From positions 480,001 through 544,000 of the forward strand of contig CAWFFN010000012.1 of the NCBI GenBank assembly GCA_963815115.1: a stretch of DNA of 64,000 nucleotides, written 5' to 3'. The DNA is from an uncultured delta proteobacterium (lineage in GTDB: Bacteria; Desulfobacterota; Binatia; DP-6). Below the pieces are notes generated by a model. That model worked only from the letters and a program-made list of their open reading frames with translations. It did no database searches and was not told the DNA's origin. The position numbers and the translations under genes were made by a program. Of this stretch, positions 51,221 through 62,651 are shown piece after piece (within the stretch, counting starts at the first letter, position 1; each line of letters opens with the position of its first letter).

Positions 51221-53524
51221 GTGCCGCGCGGCCTCACCGCCTGCCTGCTCTCGATCGCTCTCGCCACGCCCGCCGCGGCGCGCTGCCCCGACTACTCGAA
51301 GCTCAAGAACGCCTACTTCGGCGACCTGCATTCCCACACCTCGTACTCGCTCGACGCCTTCAACTTCGGCACCCGGGCCGACCCTGCCCAGGCGTACGCG
51401 TTCGCCACGGGCGCTGCGGTGGACCTGACCCAGGGCTACGACGCGCGCGCCGGCGAGGTTCCTGGCCCGTTCGGGGTCACGATCAACTTCAGCGGGGGAC
51501 GGCTCGACTTCGGCGCCGTCACCGACCACAGCGAGTGGCTCGCGACCGACTACGGCTGCACGGTCGACGCCTCGAGCCCGTCCTGGGGGTCGCCCTACTG
51601 CGCGACGCTCCGCGCCCTCGAGGTGCCCGCGACCGGCCAGGAGCCCTGCCTCGGCTTCGCCGACCACCGTGGTAGCGGCTGCATGGCCGAGCAGACGACG
51701 GCCTGGGGGGCGGAGAGGCGGGCGACCGAGGCGGCCAACGACCCGTGCCGGTTCACGTCCTTCCACGCCTACGAGTGGACGTTCGGCCAGGGAGTGTTCA
51801 GGCGGCTCCTTCCAGCCACCCTGCACAAGAACGTCATCTTCAGGAACGCCAACGTGCCGTCCGTGCCGCTGGACTCGGTCAACTATCCGACCAGCCCGGC
51901 GCTCTGGGCAGCCCTCGCCGAGCAGTGCAACGACCGCAATGGCTGCGAGGCGCTCACCATACCGCACAACATGAACCAGAGCGCGGGGCTCGCCTTCGAC
52001 GTCAACGGATACACGGCGACCGATTTGAACCACATGATGAAGTTCCAGCGGCTGGCCGAGATCCACCAGCAGAAGGGGAACAGCGAGTGCAGCACCGATG
52101 CGCTCGACGGCGGTGCCGCCGTGGCATGCGACTTCGAGATGGCTCCGCTCCTCGACCCGGCCGACGCCCGCGGATTTGCGCGATCCGGGCTCGAGGAGGG
52201 CATCGCAAGCTTCGCCGCGCGGGGCTACGACCCCCAGCAATTCGGCTTCGTCGGCAGCACCGACACCCACGACGCCACCATGGGCAACGTCGGTTCGCGC
52301 ACCTGGCCGGGCAGTCTGGGCGCGATCGACAACACGCCGGTGCGGCGACTCCAGTGGAGTCCGCTCACGGTCAACCCGGGCGGCATGACCGGCATCTGGG
52401 CCGAGGAGAACACGCGCGACGCCCTGTGGGCGGCGCTCGAGCGTCGCGAGACCTTCGCGACCAGCGGCCCGAAGATCCGGGTCCGCTTCTACGAGTACAC
52501 CGGACCGGAGAACCCCTGTGCCGATCCGCGCTTCCCGCTGCGGATCGTGAAGCGCGGTGGGGTGCCGATGGGCGGCACGATGGCGTACCGTGGCAGGGCG
52601 CCGAGCTTCGTCGTCTACGCGTTGCAGGACGAGACGCCGCTCGAGTCGGTGGACCTCGTGAAGGCCAGCGTGGCGCACGGACACGCCGAGGAGAGGGTGT
52701 TCCCGCTTCCCTTGGGTGACGCGCCCTACTGCGTGACCTGGGCCGATCCCGCCTTCGGTCCGGCCGAGCCCGCCTTCTACTACGCGCGTGTGAAGGAGCG
52801 GCCCACCTGGCGCTGGTCGCACTACGACTGCGAGCGCCTGCGAGCGAGCGACCCGGACGGCTGGCGGAGGGTCGCGCCGGGCTGTGCCTCGGACGACCCG
52901 TCGAAGGGCGGGCTCGACTCGATGGTGCAGCAGCGAGCCTGGACGTCGTCGATCTGGTACCTCCCCGGTGGTCCGGTGACCGTGCAGGCGACGGCGCTCA
53001 CGCTGCGTGACGACACGGCGGCAGGGCAGCCGTCGAAGCGGCACTTCGTCTTCAGGTCGCGAACCCGCCGCGACGCCAGCGACCACCGGATCGCGGTCCC
53101 GAGGCCCGGCAGCATCGGAGATCCGACCGTGAGCGGCATCGGGGGCGGCGGCACGCTCACCGTGTTCAATCCCGAGAGCGGCGAGACCTTCACCGCCGCC
53201 CTCCCGGCCGCCGGATGGAAGCTCCGCGGGAGGGGGCGCTACGTCTTCGACGATCCGGGCGGTGCGGTCCGCAAGGTCGTCGTCTCCCGCGATCGCCTGT
53301 CGGTGACGGGCGGCGGCAGCGCCTTCGGATACAGTCTCGACGAGCCACGGCAGGGCGCCCTCGCCCTGCGGCTGCAGCTCGGCACTGCTCAGCCATGGTG
53401 CAGCGAGGCGCCGCCGACGACCGCCCGGAACGACTCGGTCGACCGGTTCATGGGCCGGCCCCGGACTCCGCCACCGGATCAATGTCCCGTCGTCGACCCG
53501 GTGCCGTCGGCGAGCCGCCGCTAG
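51221..53524 (+). CDS. Secreted DUF3604 (PHP-like) protein with an extra C-terminal beta domain
   Basis: YFGDLHSHTSYSLDA, AVTDHSE, AYEWT, IPHNMN, STDTH, ETFATSG, QQRAWTSSIWY. Confidence 0.88.
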   Translation: MPRGLTACLLSIALATPAAARCPDYSKLKNAYFGDLHSHTSYSLDAFNFGTRADPAQAYAFATGAAVDLTQGYDARAGEVPGPFGVTINFSGGRLDFGAVTDHSEWLATDYGCTVDASSPSWGSPYCATLRALEVPATGQEPCLGFADHRGSGCMAEQTTAWGAERRATEAANDPCRFTSFHAYEWTFGQGVFRRLLPATLHKNVIFRNANVPSVPLDSVNYPTSPALWAALAEQCNDRNGCEALTIPHNMNQSAGLAFDVNGYTATDLNHMMKFQRLAEIHQQKGNSECSTDALDGGAAVACDFEMAPLLDPADARGFARSGLEEGIASFAARGYDPQQFGFVGSTDTHDATMGNVGSRTWPGSLGAIDNTPVRRLQWSPLTVNPGGMTGIWAEENTRDALWAALERRETFATSGPKIRVRFYEYTGPENPCADPRFPLRIVKRGGVPMGGTMAYRGRAPSFVVYALQDETPLESVDLVKASVAHGHAEERVFPLPLGDAPYCVTWADPAFGPAEPAFYYARVKERPTWRWSHYDCERLRASDPDGWRRVAPGCASDDPSKGGLDSMVQQRAWTSSIWYLPGGPVTVQATALTLRDDTAAGQPSKRHFVFRSRTRRDASDHRIAVPRPGSIGDPTVSGIGGGGTLTVFNPESGETFTAALPAAGWKLRGRGRYVFDDPGGAVRKVVVSRDRLSVTGGGSAFGYSLDEPRQGALALRLQLGTAQPWCSEAPPTTARNDSVDRFMGRPRTPPPDQCPVVDPVPSASRR

Positions 53525-53660
53525 AGGTCATTCACGACATGGCGGCACGCGACCCTGCAAAACCTACACTCTGCATGTCCCGCGGAGCGACCGCACAAGC
53601 CACGCGGCCCACTCGCCGGGCCCACTTCTTGCACACCTGCAGTATCGGGAGGAACGAAGG

Positions 53661-54275
53661 ATGACCGCAGCGCGTGCGACCTATCAGCCCAGGAAGTTCG
53701 GCCTGAGCGGCCTGAAGGGGATCTCGGACAAGACGCTCGAGATGCACTTCAAGCTCTACGAGGGCTACGTGCAGCAGACCAACGTCCTCAACGAGCAGAT
53801 CGCGGAGATCCTGAAGGACGGCAAGATCGACCAGGACGAGATGCCGGCCTACTCGGAGATCACGCGGCGCCTCGGCTTCGAGTACAACGGCATGGTCCTG
53901 CACGAGTACTACTTCGAGAACCTCAAGCGGGGAGCGGATCCCGAGCCCGACACGATCTCGGACTTCCGGCGCGTGTGCGCCGAGAGCTTCGGAAGCTGGG
54001 AGACGTGGAAGACGGACTTCGTCGGCGTCGGCAAGATGCGAGGCGTCGGCTGGGCCATCTGCTACCAGGATCCGCACACCGGGCGGGTGTCGAATCACTG
54101 GATCACGCTGCACGAGGTCGGCAACGTGAGCGGCTTCCACCCGCTCCTCGTGATGGACGTCTGGGAGCACGCCTTCCTGCTCGACTACCCCCCGGCGCAG
54201 CGCCCGAAGTACATCGAGGCGTTCCTCGCGAACGTCGACTGGGAGGCGGTGGAGCAGCGACTCACCGCCGCCTGA
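53661..54275 (+). CDS. sod: Fe/Mn superoxide dismutase
   Basis: EMHFKLYEGY, LHEYYF, GVGWA, DVWEHAF. Confidence 0.92.
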   Translation: MTAARATYQPRKFGLSGLKGISDKTLEMHFKLYEGYVQQTNVLNEQIAEILKDGKIDQDEMPAYSEITRRLGFEYNGMVLHEYYFENLKRGADPEPDTISDFRRVCAESFGSWETWKTDFVGVGKMRGVGWAICYQDPHTGRVSNHWITLHEVGNVSGFHPLLVMDVWEHAFLLDYPPAQRPKYIEAFLANVDWEAVEQRLTAA

Positions 54276-54279
54276 GACG

Positions 54280-55917
54280 TCACGAGCCCCGAGCGCGCAA
54301 TCCGCGGTAGCGCTGGATGAGGGCGCGCGTCGATCCGTCGTGATGCGACAGGTCGGGCGCGCCGCTCGCCTGCAGCTCGGGAATGATGCGCTTCGCGAGC
54401 ACCTTGCCCAGCTCGACGCCCCACTGATCGAAGGAGTCGATGCCCCAGACCGTCCCCTGCGTGAAGACGCTGTGCTCGTAGAGCGCGACCAGCGTTCCCA
54501 GGATCGCCGGCGTGAGGGTCTCGGCGAGAATGACGCTCGAGGGCCGGTTGCCGTCGAACACGCGGTGCGGGACCAGCCAGTCGGGCGTGCCCTCGGCGCG
54601 CACCTCCTCCGCGGTCTTCCCGAAGGCGAGCGCCTCGGCCTGCGCGAACACGTTGGAGACCAGCAGGTCGTGATGGGTTCCGAGCGGATTCAGCGACCGG
54701 CAGAAGCCGATGAAGTCGCACGGGATGAGCTTCGTCCCCTGATGGATCAGCTGGTAGAACGAGTGCTGCCCGTTCGTGCCCGGCTCGCCCCAGAAGATCG
54801 GCCCGGTCTCGCACCCGACCGGCGTGCCGTCGAGCCGCACGTGCTTGCCGTTCGACTCCATGGTGAGCTGCTGGAGATACGCCGGGAAGCGTTTCAGGTA
54901 CTGGTCGTAGGGTAGGACGGCGACGGTCTGCGACCCGAAGAAGTTGTTGTACCAGACGGCGAGCAGCCCCATCAGCACGGGGAGGTTGCGATCGAAGGGC
55001 GCCGTGCGGAAGTGCTCGTCCATGGCGTGGAAGCCGGCCAGCATCTCGCGGAAGTGCTCGGGCCCGACGGCGAGCATGGTGGAGAGCCCGATGGCCGAGT
55101 CCATGGAGTAGCGGCCGCCGACCCAGTCCCAGAAGCCGAACATGTTCGCGGTGTCGATGCCGAACTTCGTCACCTCCTCGGCGTTCGTCGACACGGCGAC
55201 GAAGTGCTTCGCCACCGCCCGCTCGTCGCGCAGGGCCGCCAGGCTCCATTCGCGCGCGCTCCGCGCGTTGGTCATCGTCTCGAGCGTGGTGAAGGTCTTG
55301 GAGGAGACGACGAACAGCGTCTCCGCCGGATCGAGGTCGCGCGTCGCCTCGGCGAAGTCGGTGCCGTCCACGTTGGAGACGAAGCGAAAGGTCGTCTCCC
55401 GGGCGGAGTAGTGACGCAGGGCCTCGTAGGCCATGACCGGGCCGAGGTCCGATCCGCCGATGCCGATGTTGATCACGTTGCGGATGCGCTTGCCGGTGTG
55501 CCCGGTCCACGCGCCTCCGCGAACGCGGGTGGCGAAGTCCGTCATCCGATCGAGCACGGCGTGGACCTCGGGCACCACGTCCTTGCCGTCGACCTCGATC
55601 CGCTCGCCCCGGGGCGCCCGCAGGGCCACGTGCAGGACGGCGCGCTCCTCGGTGACGTTGATCTTCTCGCCGCGGAACATGGCGTCGATCCGGGCTCTCA
55701 GCTCCGACTCCTCGGCGAGACGGACGAGCAACCGGACGGTCTCTTCGCTCACCCGGTGCTTCGAGTAGTCGAGATAGAGCCCGCACGCCTCGACCGCGAA
55801 GCGTTCCCCGCGGCGCGCATCGTCGGCGAAGAGCTTTCGCAGGTGCACGTCACGGAGGGCAGCGTGGTGCGCTTCGAGCGCCTTCCAGGCCGGGCGCTCG
55901 GTGACAGGAGTGGCCAT
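54280..55917 (-). CDS. pgi: Glucose-6-phosphate isomerase
   Basis: [38 protein letters not shown]. Confidence 0.97.
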   Translation of the reverse strand: MATPVTERPAWKALEAHHAALRDVHLRKLFADDARRGERFAVEACGLYLDYSKHRVSEETVRLLVRLAEESELRARIDAMFRGEKINVTEERAVLHVALRAPRGERIEVDGKDVVPEVHAVLDRMTDFATRVRGGAWTGHTGKRIRNVINIGIGGSDLGPVMAYEALRHYSARETTFRFVSNVDGTDFAEATRDLDPAETLFVVSSKTFTTLETMTNARSAREWSLAALRDERAVAKHFVAVSTNAEEVTKFGIDTANMFGFWDWVGGRYSMDSAIGLSTMLAVGPEHFREMLAGFHAMDEHFRTAPFDRNLPVLMGLLAVWYNNFFGSQTVAVLPYDQYLKRFPAYLQQLTMESNGKHVRLDGTPVGCETGPIFWGEPGTNGQHSFYQLIHQGTKLIPCDFIGFCRSLNPLGTHHDLLVSNVFAQAEALAFGKTAEEVRAEGTPDWLVPHRVFDGNRPSSVILAETLTPAILGTLVALYEHSVFTQGTVWGIDSFDQWGVELGKVLAKRIIPELQASGAPDLSHHDGSTRALIQRYRGLRARGS

Positions 55918-55938
55918 CGGGACCTCCGCCGCCGTGCC

Positions 55939-57024
55939 TCAGCCGGCCTTCTTGAGCGCTTCGCCCTTCGTCGCGATCACGCCGAGGAGCTCCTTCCACG
56001 ACTTGACGAACGCCTCGGCGCCCTCCTTCTGGAGCTGCGCGGCGAGCGCCTCGTGGTCGATGCCGGCCGCGGCGAACCGCTCGAGCACCTGCTCGGCATC
56101 ACCGCCGTCGCGCGCGAGGATGTGCTTCACCTCACCGTGCTCCGCGAAGGCGCGCAGGGTCTCCTCGGGCATGGTGTTCACGGTGTGGGGCGCGGCGAGG
56201 GTCTCGACGTAGAGGACGTCGGAGGCCTCGGGATCCTTCGTCCCCGTGCTCGCCCAGAGCAGCCGCTGGGGGCGGGCGCCGGCGTTCGCCAGGCGCTCCC
56301 AGCGCGGCGAGTCGAGGAGCTCGCGGTACGAACGATAGGTACGGCGGGCGATCGCGATGCCCAACTGGTCGCGCAGCTCGGGCGGCGTCTTGCCCATCAC
56401 CGCCTTGTCCCAGCGGCTGATGAAGACCGAGGCGACCGAGCCCACGTCGAGCGGAAGGCCGGCGTCGAGGCGGCGTTCGAGGCCGCGGATGTAGGCCTCG
56501 GCGGCGGGGACGTAGTGCTCGCGCGAGAACAGCAGGGTCACGTTGATCGGGACGCCGGCGAAGATCGCCTCCTCGATGGCGGGCAGCCCTTCGGGTGTAC
56601 CGGGGATCTTGATGAACAGGTTCGGCTTGCCGGCCTGACCGTGGAGCGTCTTGGCGGCGGTGATGGTGCTCGCGGTGTCGTACGCGAGCAGGGGAGAGAC
56701 CTCGAGCGACACCCAGCCGTCGACGCCGTCGGTGCGCTCGTGAACCGGCCGGAAGAGATCCGCGGCCTGCGACAGATCCTGCAGCGCGAGCTCGAAGAAC
56801 AGGCTCTCGCCCGATTTGCCCGCGCTCATCATCTGCCGGAGGGCGTCGTCGTAGTCGGCGCTGCCCTTGATCGCCTGATCGAAGATGGTGGGATTCGAGG
56901 TGAGCCCCGTCACCGAGAGCTCGTCGCGGTAGTGGCGGAGCGTCCCGCTGGTGAGGAGCTTGCGCGTGATGTTGTCGAGCCACAGGCTCTGACCGAGCTC
57001 GTGCAGTCGCTGCGTCGGTTTCAT
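55939..57024 (-). CDS. tal: Transaldolase
   Basis: WLDN, TSNPTIF, SLEVSP, FIKIP, NVTLLFS, SVFISR, LWASTG. Confidence 0.96.
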   Translation of the reverse strand: MKPTQRLHELGQSLWLDNITRKLLTSGTLRHYRDELSVTGLTSNPTIFDQAIKGSADYDDALRQMMSAGKSGESLFFELALQDLSQAADLFRPVHERTDGVDGWVSLEVSPLLAYDTASTITAAKTLHGQAGKPNLFIKIPGTPEGLPAIEEAIFAGVPINVTLLFSREHYVPAAEAYIRGLERRLDAGLPLDVGSVASVFISRWDKAVMGKTPPELRDQLGIAIARRTYRSYRELLDSPRWERLANAGARPQRLLWASTGTKDPEASDVLYVETLAAPHTVNTMPEETLRAFAEHGEVKHILARDGGDAEQVLERFAAAGIDHEALAAQLQKEGAEAFVKSWKELLGVIATKGEALKKAG

Positions 57025-57037
57025 GGTTCCTCCCTGA

Positions 57038-58417
57038 TCACACCGCGGTCGGCGACGGGTCGTCCCAGCGGCCGATGCCCGCGATGAGGTGTTCGGCTTC
57101 GGGCGGTCCCCACGTGCCGGGCGCGTACTCCCGGACCGGGGTGACCTTGCCCAGGATCGGGTCCACGATGCGCCACGACTCCTCGACCGCGTCCTCGCGG
57201 GAGAAGAGGGTGGCGTCACCGCGCGCGGCGTCGCCCAGCAGCCGCTCGTACGGCTCCATGTCGTCCGCCGTCTGCTTGTGGTTGGCGATCAGCTCGACGT
57301 ACTCGGTGCGATCGCTCCGGCCCGGCGCCTTGACGCGCGTGCCGAGCCCGATGACCACCTCGGGGCTGAGCCGGAAGCGGTAGTGATTGCCGTGGTCGGG
57401 ATCGACGTCGAAGAAGGCCGGTGGCCCCTTCAGCTCGACCATGACCTCGGTGGCCGTCACCGGGAGCGACTTCCCCGCCCGGACGAAGACCGGGATACCG
57501 CCCCAGCGCCAGTTCTCGATGTTGAAGCGCACCGCCGCGAAGGTCTCGACCTCGGAGTCCTTGGCCACCCCCGGTTCGTCACGATAGCCGCGGAACTGTC
57601 CCCGCACGATGTCCTCGGGACGAAGCGTGCGCACCGATTTGAGGAGCTTCGCTCGCTCGTCGCGGATGCACTCGGTGGTCAGGGCGGCGGGCGGCTCGCA
57701 GGTGAGGAGCGCGACGACCTGGAGCAGGTGGTTCTGGATCACGTCACGGATGGCGCCCGCCTCCTCGTAGAACTTCCCGCGTCCGGCGACGCCGAAGTTC
57801 TCGGCCATGGTGACCTCGATGTTCTGTACGTAGCGCCGGTTCCAGATCGGCTCGAGGAAGGAGTTCGCGAAGCGGAAGGTGACGATGTTGTTGACGGCTT
57901 CCTTGCCGAGGTAGTGATCGATGCGAAAGATCGCGCTCTCGGGGAAGCCGGAATGCAGGACCCGGTTGAGGTCCTGCGCGGACGCGAGGTCGTGCCCGAA
58001 CGGCTTCTCGATGACCACGCGCGCCCCCTGGCCGCTGCCCGACTTGGAGAGCTGCTCGACCACGGTCTCGAACATGCTCGGGGGAATGGCCAGGTAGTGC
58101 AAGGGATGCTTGGCGTCGCCCAGCGCCTGGCGCAGCGTCGTGAAGGTGGAGGGGTCGCCGTAGTCCCCGTCGATGTAGCGCAGGAGCCCGGTGAGCTTGC
58201 GGAAGGCGTCCGCATCGACGCCGCCGCCGAACTTCTCGAGGCTGTCGCGCGCGCGCGCCTTCAGCTTCTCCAGGTCCCACCCGGCCTTGGCCACGCCGAT
58301 GACCGGCATGTCCAGCGTACCGCGCCGGATCATCGCCTGCAGCGCCGGGAAGATCTTCTTGTGGGCCAGGTCGCCGGTGGCGCCGAAGAAGACGAGCGCG
58401 TCGGAGTCGTCCGCCAT
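57038..58417 (-). CDS. zwf: Glucose-6-phosphate dehydrogenase
   Basis: GATGDLA, EKPFG, RIDHYLGKE, RDVIQNH. Confidence 0.97.
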   Translation of the reverse strand: MADDSDALVFFGATGDLAHKKIFPALQAMIRRGTLDMPVIGVAKAGWDLEKLKARARDSLEKFGGGVDADAFRKLTGLLRYIDGDYGDPSTFTTLRQALGDAKHPLHYLAIPPSMFETVVEQLSKSGSGQGARVVIEKPFGHDLASAQDLNRVLHSGFPESAIFRIDHYLGKEAVNNIVTFRFANSFLEPIWNRRYVQNIEVTMAENFGVAGRGKFYEEAGAIRDVIQNHLLQVVALLTCEPPAALTTECIRDERAKLLKSVRTLRPEDIVRGQFRGYRDEPGVAKDSEVETFAAVRFNIENWRWGGIPVFVRAGKSLPVTATEVMVELKGPPAFFDVDPDHGNHYRFRLSPEVVIGLGTRVKAPGRSDRTEYVELIANHKQTADDMEPYERLLGDAARGDATLFSREDAVEESWRIVDPILGKVTPVREYAPGTWGPPEAEHLIAGIGRWDDPSPTAV

Positions 58418-58421
58418 CGGT

Positions 58422-59435
58422 CTAGCCCGCCTTCTTCTCGAGGTGACCGCCGAACCCCAGCCGCATCGCCGACTGGATCTTCTCCGCGAAGTCGGCTTCG
58501 CCGCGCGAAGCGAAGCGGCCGTAGAGCGCCGCGCTCAGCACCGGCGCGGGCACCGACTCGTCGATCGCCGCCATGATGGTCCAGCGGCCCTCGCCGGAGT
58601 CGGAGACGCGGCCCGAGAACTCCGCGAGGTGCGGGCTCTTCGCCAGCGCGCCGGCCGACAGGTCGAGGAGCCACGAGGCGATCACGCTCCCGCGCCGCCA
58701 CACCTCGGCGATCTCGGCCAGGTCGAGATCATACTGGTAGTGCTCGGGGTTGCGCAGCGGGGTGGTCTCGGCGTCGACGTCGCGGCGCTGCTTCCCGGCG
58801 TTGGCTTGATGCAGGATGTTCAGACCCTCGGCATATGCCGCCATGAGCCCGTACTCGATTCCATTGTGCACCATCTTGACGAAGTGCCCAGCCCCCGACG
58901 GCCCGCAGTGCAGGTAGCCCTGGTCGGCGGTTCCCTTGCTCGTCCGGCCGGGCGTGGCGGGCGCCGCGTCCTTGCCGGGCGCGAGCGCCGCCAGGATGGG
59001 GTCGAGACGCTTCACTGCCGCCGGGTCGCCGCCGATCATCTGGCAGTAGCCGCGCTCCAGGCCCCACACGCCGCCGCTCGTCCCCACGTCGACGTAGTGG
59101 AGCCCCTTCGGGGCCAGCTCCTTCGCGCGCCGGATGTCGTCGTGGTAGTAGGAGTTGCCGCCGTCGACGACGCAGTCGTCACGCTCGAGCAGCGGCACGA
59201 GCTGCGCCAGCGTCTGGTCGACGATCGCCGCCGGGACCATCAGCCAGACGGCGCGCGGCTTGTCGAGCTTGCCGACGAGGTCCTCGAGCGACGTCGCGCC
59301 GACCGCTCCCTCCTTCACGAGGGCCTGGATGGCCTCGGGATGCACGTCGTAGACGACGCACTTGTGCCCGGCGCGCATCACGCGCAGGACCATGTTCGCG
59401 CCCATTCGCCCCAGTCCGATCATGCCGAGCTGCAT
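58422..59435 (-). CDS. gnd: 6-phosphogluconate dehydrogenase (decarboxylating, short type)
   Basis: [43 protein letters not shown]. Confidence 0.96.
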   Translation of the reverse strand: MQLGMIGLGRMGANMVLRVMRAGHKCVVYDVHPEAIQALVKEGAVGATSLEDLVGKLDKPRAVWLMVPAAIVDQTLAQLVPLLERDDCVVDGGNSYYHDDIRRAKELAPKGLHYVDVGTSGGVWGLERGYCQMIGGDPAAVKRLDPILAALAPGKDAAPATPGRTSKGTADQGYLHCGPSGAGHFVKMVHNGIEYGLMAAYAEGLNILHQANAGKQRRDVDAETTPLRNPEHYQYDLDLAEIAEVWRRGSVIASWLLDLSAGALAKSPHLAEFSGRVSDSGEGRWTIMAAIDESVPAPVLSAALYGRFASRGEADFAEKIQSAMRLGFGGHLEKKAG

Positions 59436-59461
59436 CGACGAATCTCCTTCTCGACTCCGGC

Positions 59462-59860
59462 TCACCACCAGTAGGGACCCCAGAGTCCCCAGTCCATGGC
59501 GGCGTCCGCGTTCATCTGCGCGGTCACCATCTGCTCCTGCGCGACCTTCTGCTGCACTTGGAGCTGGCGGAAGCGCTGGTAGGCCCCCTCGTCGCCGACG
59601 TAGAGGCACTGGCACCCCTTCGGGTCCGCGAAAACGTACAGCAACTTGCCGTCGGAGGCCCGGGTGTGCGGCACGAGCTTGAGCGGGGTCAGCGTCTGCA
59701 AGTGCGCCACCCTGCTGGCGGTGTCGGCCGGCTTCATCTGGAAGCCCGCGGCGGCCAGGAGATTCTCCTTTTGCTTCGCCTGCTCCTCCCTCATGGCGGC
59801 GCAGCCGCCGAACGCGACGATCAGGGCGATGGCCACGACGTACCTCGTCATCTCCCGCAT
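59462..59860 (-). CDS. Hypothetical lipoprotein
   Basis: Lipobox-like AFGGC; LLAAAGF; [12 protein letters not shown]; Trp-rich end. Confidence 0.8.
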   Translation of the reverse strand: MREMTRYVVAIALIVAFGGCAAMREEQAKQKENLLAAAGFQMKPADTASRVAHLQTLTPLKLVPHTRASDGKLLYVFADPKGCQCLYVGDEGAYQRFRQLQVQQKVAQEQMVTAQMNADAAMDWGLWGPYWW

Positions 59861-60036
59861 GCAGGAACCCTCCAGTGGTGAGATGCTCAGCCAGCGCGAG
59901 CGATAGCCCGTGGCGACGCTCGTGACAAGGTCGGGGTCCACCAGCGAGATGGGGCCGCCGGCCGCGCCCCGGGCCGCCCCTTGCTACCATCGGACGCCTT
60001 GTGCGCGCCCGGCGAGCGCCGTAACTGGAGGCTGGA

Positions 60037-61203
60037 ATGCGCGTTGCCCTGCTCGCGGCGTGGCTCGCGATGGCTCGACTGGTCTCCGCCGCCTGTCTCG
60101 ACGACTGCCTGCGGCTCTACGGCGGCGCGGGCGAGGACTACGCCGCATGCGTGGAGGATTGCGGCGTGTGCGGCAACGGCGACGTGGAGGGTGACGAGGA
60201 GTGCGACGACGGCAACGTGGCGGGCGGCGACTGCTGCGATGCGACCTGTCGCCTCGAGCCCGCGGGAAGCCCGTGCGACGATGACGACGACGACCTCTGC
60301 ACCGGCGGCACGTGTGACGGCGACGGCGAGTGCGATTCCGGCGAGGAGCCGGCCACCGGCTGCCACGAGCCCGTCCGTGCGGGACGAGCGTCGCTGGTGA
60401 TGCGCGACCTCGACGACGACTCGAAGGACCTGCTCGACTGGAAGTGGCGGGGCGGCACCGGCACGGCCGACTTCGGCGATCCGTTCGCCACGACGACCTA
60501 CGCGCTCTGCCTGTACGACGACACCGGTCTGCTGGCGAGCGTGACGGTACCCGGGGGCGACGCGTGCCACGGCCACCCGTGCTGGACGGAGAAGCCGGAT
60601 GACTTCCACTTCCGCGACCGCGCGCGCGCGCCGGACGGAGCCGCGCAGGTGACCCTGCGGCAGTCCAGGCGCGCCGGCCGGGCGAGGATCCGCTTCGAGG
60701 CGGAGGGCGAGAATCTCGAGCTGCCCGATCTGAGCGCGCTCGAGTCGCCCCTGACGGTGCAGCTCCGACGCAGCGACAGCCCGGTGTGCTGGAGCGCGCA
60801 GTATACCTTCCCGCCGCGGAATCCGGCGGACACGACGCACTTCAAGGATCGTTCCGATCCCGGCGCGCGGACCACGTCCACCAGCACCAGCACGACCACC
60901 ACCACCAGCGCTGCGGGCGCCGGATCATCGACCACCTCGAGCACGCTCCCGGGGGCCACCGTCGAGGTCACCGTGCTCGACGCCTTCTCGTCGCCGGTCG
61001 AGGACGCCGAGGTCACGCTGACCTACGCGGACCAGAGCTCGCTGTCCGACCTCACCGATGCGGCCGGCGTCACGCGGTTCACCGGCCAGCCGATCGGCGT
61101 CCCGGCAACGGTGTCGGTCGAGGACGACGACGGCCGGGAAGGGGATGTGACCTCGCCTGGCTTCCAGGCCGGGACCAACCAGGTCACGGTGACCGTGCGC
61201 TAG
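60037..61203 (+). CDS. Secreted acidic Cys-rich protein (DUF4215-like repeat, beta domain, Thr linker, Ig-like tail)
   Basis: Signal peptide; [24 protein letters not shown]; Thr/Ser linker; [18 protein letters not shown]. Confidence 0.85.
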   Translation: MRVALLAAWLAMARLVSAACLDDCLRLYGGAGEDYAACVEDCGVCGNGDVEGDEECDDGNVAGGDCCDATCRLEPAGSPCDDDDDDLCTGGTCDGDGECDSGEEPATGCHEPVRAGRASLVMRDLDDDSKDLLDWKWRGGTGTADFGDPFATTTYALCLYDDTGLLASVTVPGGDACHGHPCWTEKPDDFHFRDRARAPDGAAQVTLRQSRRAGRARIRFEAEGENLELPDLSALESPLTVQLRRSDSPVCWSAQYTFPPRNPADTTHFKDRSDPGARTTSTSTSTTTTTSAAGAGSSTTSSTLPGATVEVTVLDAFSSPVEDAEVTLTYADQSSLSDLTDAAGVTRFTGQPIGVPATVSVEDDDGREGDVTSPGFQAGTNQVTVTVR

Positions 61204-61208
61204 CCCGC

Positions 61209-62651
61209 TCAGGGGGCCGGGTGGGGCGCGCCCGGGTCGCCGGCGAGGTGCTCGAGGGACTTCTGCTCGGCGTCCTCGGCGAGGACGGCCGCGGTCAGCC
61301 CGGCGACGATCATCATCGCCGCCGCGACGTTGGTGCCAGTGAACAGCGCGGGCCGGCTTCCGCTCTCGACGATCGCTCCGAAGATCACCGGAGCGGCGAT
61401 GCTCGCACCGGCGGCGACCGAGAAGAAGAGCGCGATGGCGATGCCCCGGATCTCGACGGGGAAGAGCTCGCTCACGGTCAGGTACGCCGAGCTGGCGGCG
61501 GACGATGCGACGAAGAACACCGCGCACCAGGCGAGCGTCTGGGTCGTCGCCGTGAGCCACCCGTTGACGAACGCCCAGCCGGTGAGCGTCAGCAGGACGC
61601 CGGAGAGGACGTAGGTGGTCGAGATCATCACGCGGCGCCCCACCGTGTCGAAGAGCCGGCCCAGGAGCGCAGGGCCGAGGAAGTTCCCGATGGCGAACGG
61701 GATCAGGTAGAGCCCGATCCGATCGGGGGGCACGCCGTAGAATCGGTGGAGCACCAGGCCGTAGCTGAAGAAGATCGCGTTGTAGAAGAACGCCTGGGCC
61801 ACCATGAGGACCAGCCCGAGCGCGGCCCGGCGGCGATGGCGCGAGAGGACCATGTGCGCGACGTAGCGGAAGCCGACCGCGCCGCTGACGCGGACCCGCA
61901 CCGGGGGCGGCTCGGGCTCCGGCGTCTCCGGACCTCGCACGACCTCCTCGATCTGCGTGGCCAGGGCGTCGGCCTCCGCGACCCGGCCGTGCATCACGAG
62001 CCAGCGCGGGCTCTCCGTGACGTCCCGGCGGACGCGCAGGATCGCCAGGCCGAGGATGGCGCCGAGCCCGAAGATGAGTCGCCAGCCGATGGCATGCGGC
62101 AGCAGCGCTTCGTTCAGTAGCACCACGGTGAGCGCGGCGCCCATCGCGACGCCGAGCCAGTAGCTGCCGTTCACCACCAGGTCCACGTGGCCGCGCACGC
62201 GGGCGGGCACCAACTCGTCGATGGCGGAGTTGATGGCGGCGTACTCCCCGCCGATGCCGGCGCCGGCGAAGAAGCGACAGACGGCGAAGAAGAGAAGGTC
62301 GGGTGAGGCGCCGGTCAGGGCCGTCGCGACCAGGTAGAGTCCGATCGTGACCAGGAAGAGGCGCTTGCGCCCGTAGCGGTCGGTGAGGTGACCGAAGATC
62401 AGCGCGCCCGCGACCTCGCCGGCCAGGTAGCAGCCGTTCGCGATCCCCACCTGACCCTCGGTGAGCCCGAGGGTGTCCGGCTTGGTCAGCACGGGTCCGG
62501 CGGCGCTGATCAGCGTCGCCTCGAGCCCGTCGAGCGTCCAGGTGATGCCGAGCGCCAGGATGACCCGCCGATGCCACGCCGACCACGGCAGGCGGTCGAG
62601 GCGTGGCGGAACCGTGGTGCTGACGATGGTGCCGACGGGCAGTTCTTCCAT
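61209..62651 (-). CDS. MFS sugar/organic-acid transporter
   Basis: LDRLPW, DRYGRKR, GIGGEY, ESPRWL, SELFPVEIRG. Confidence 0.92.
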   Translation of the reverse strand: MEELPVGTIVSTTVPPRLDRLPWSAWHRRVILALGITWTLDGLEATLISAAGPVLTKPDTLGLTEGQVGIANGCYLAGEVAGALIFGHLTDRYGRKRLFLVTIGLYLVATALTGASPDLLFFAVCRFFAGAGIGGEYAAINSAIDELVPARVRGHVDLVVNGSYWLGVAMGAALTVVLLNEALLPHAIGWRLIFGLGAILGLAILRVRRDVTESPRWLVMHGRVAEADALATQIEEVVRGPETPEPEPPPVRVRVSGAVGFRYVAHMVLSRHRRRAALGLVLMVAQAFFYNAIFFSYGLVLHRFYGVPPDRIGLYLIPFAIGNFLGPALLGRLFDTVGRRVMISTTYVLSGVLLTLTGWAFVNGWLTATTQTLAWCAVFFVASSAASSAYLTVSELFPVEIRGIAIALFFSVAAGASIAAPVIFGAIVESGSRPALFTGTNVAAAMMIVAGLTAAVLAEDAEQKSLEHLAGDPGAPHPAP

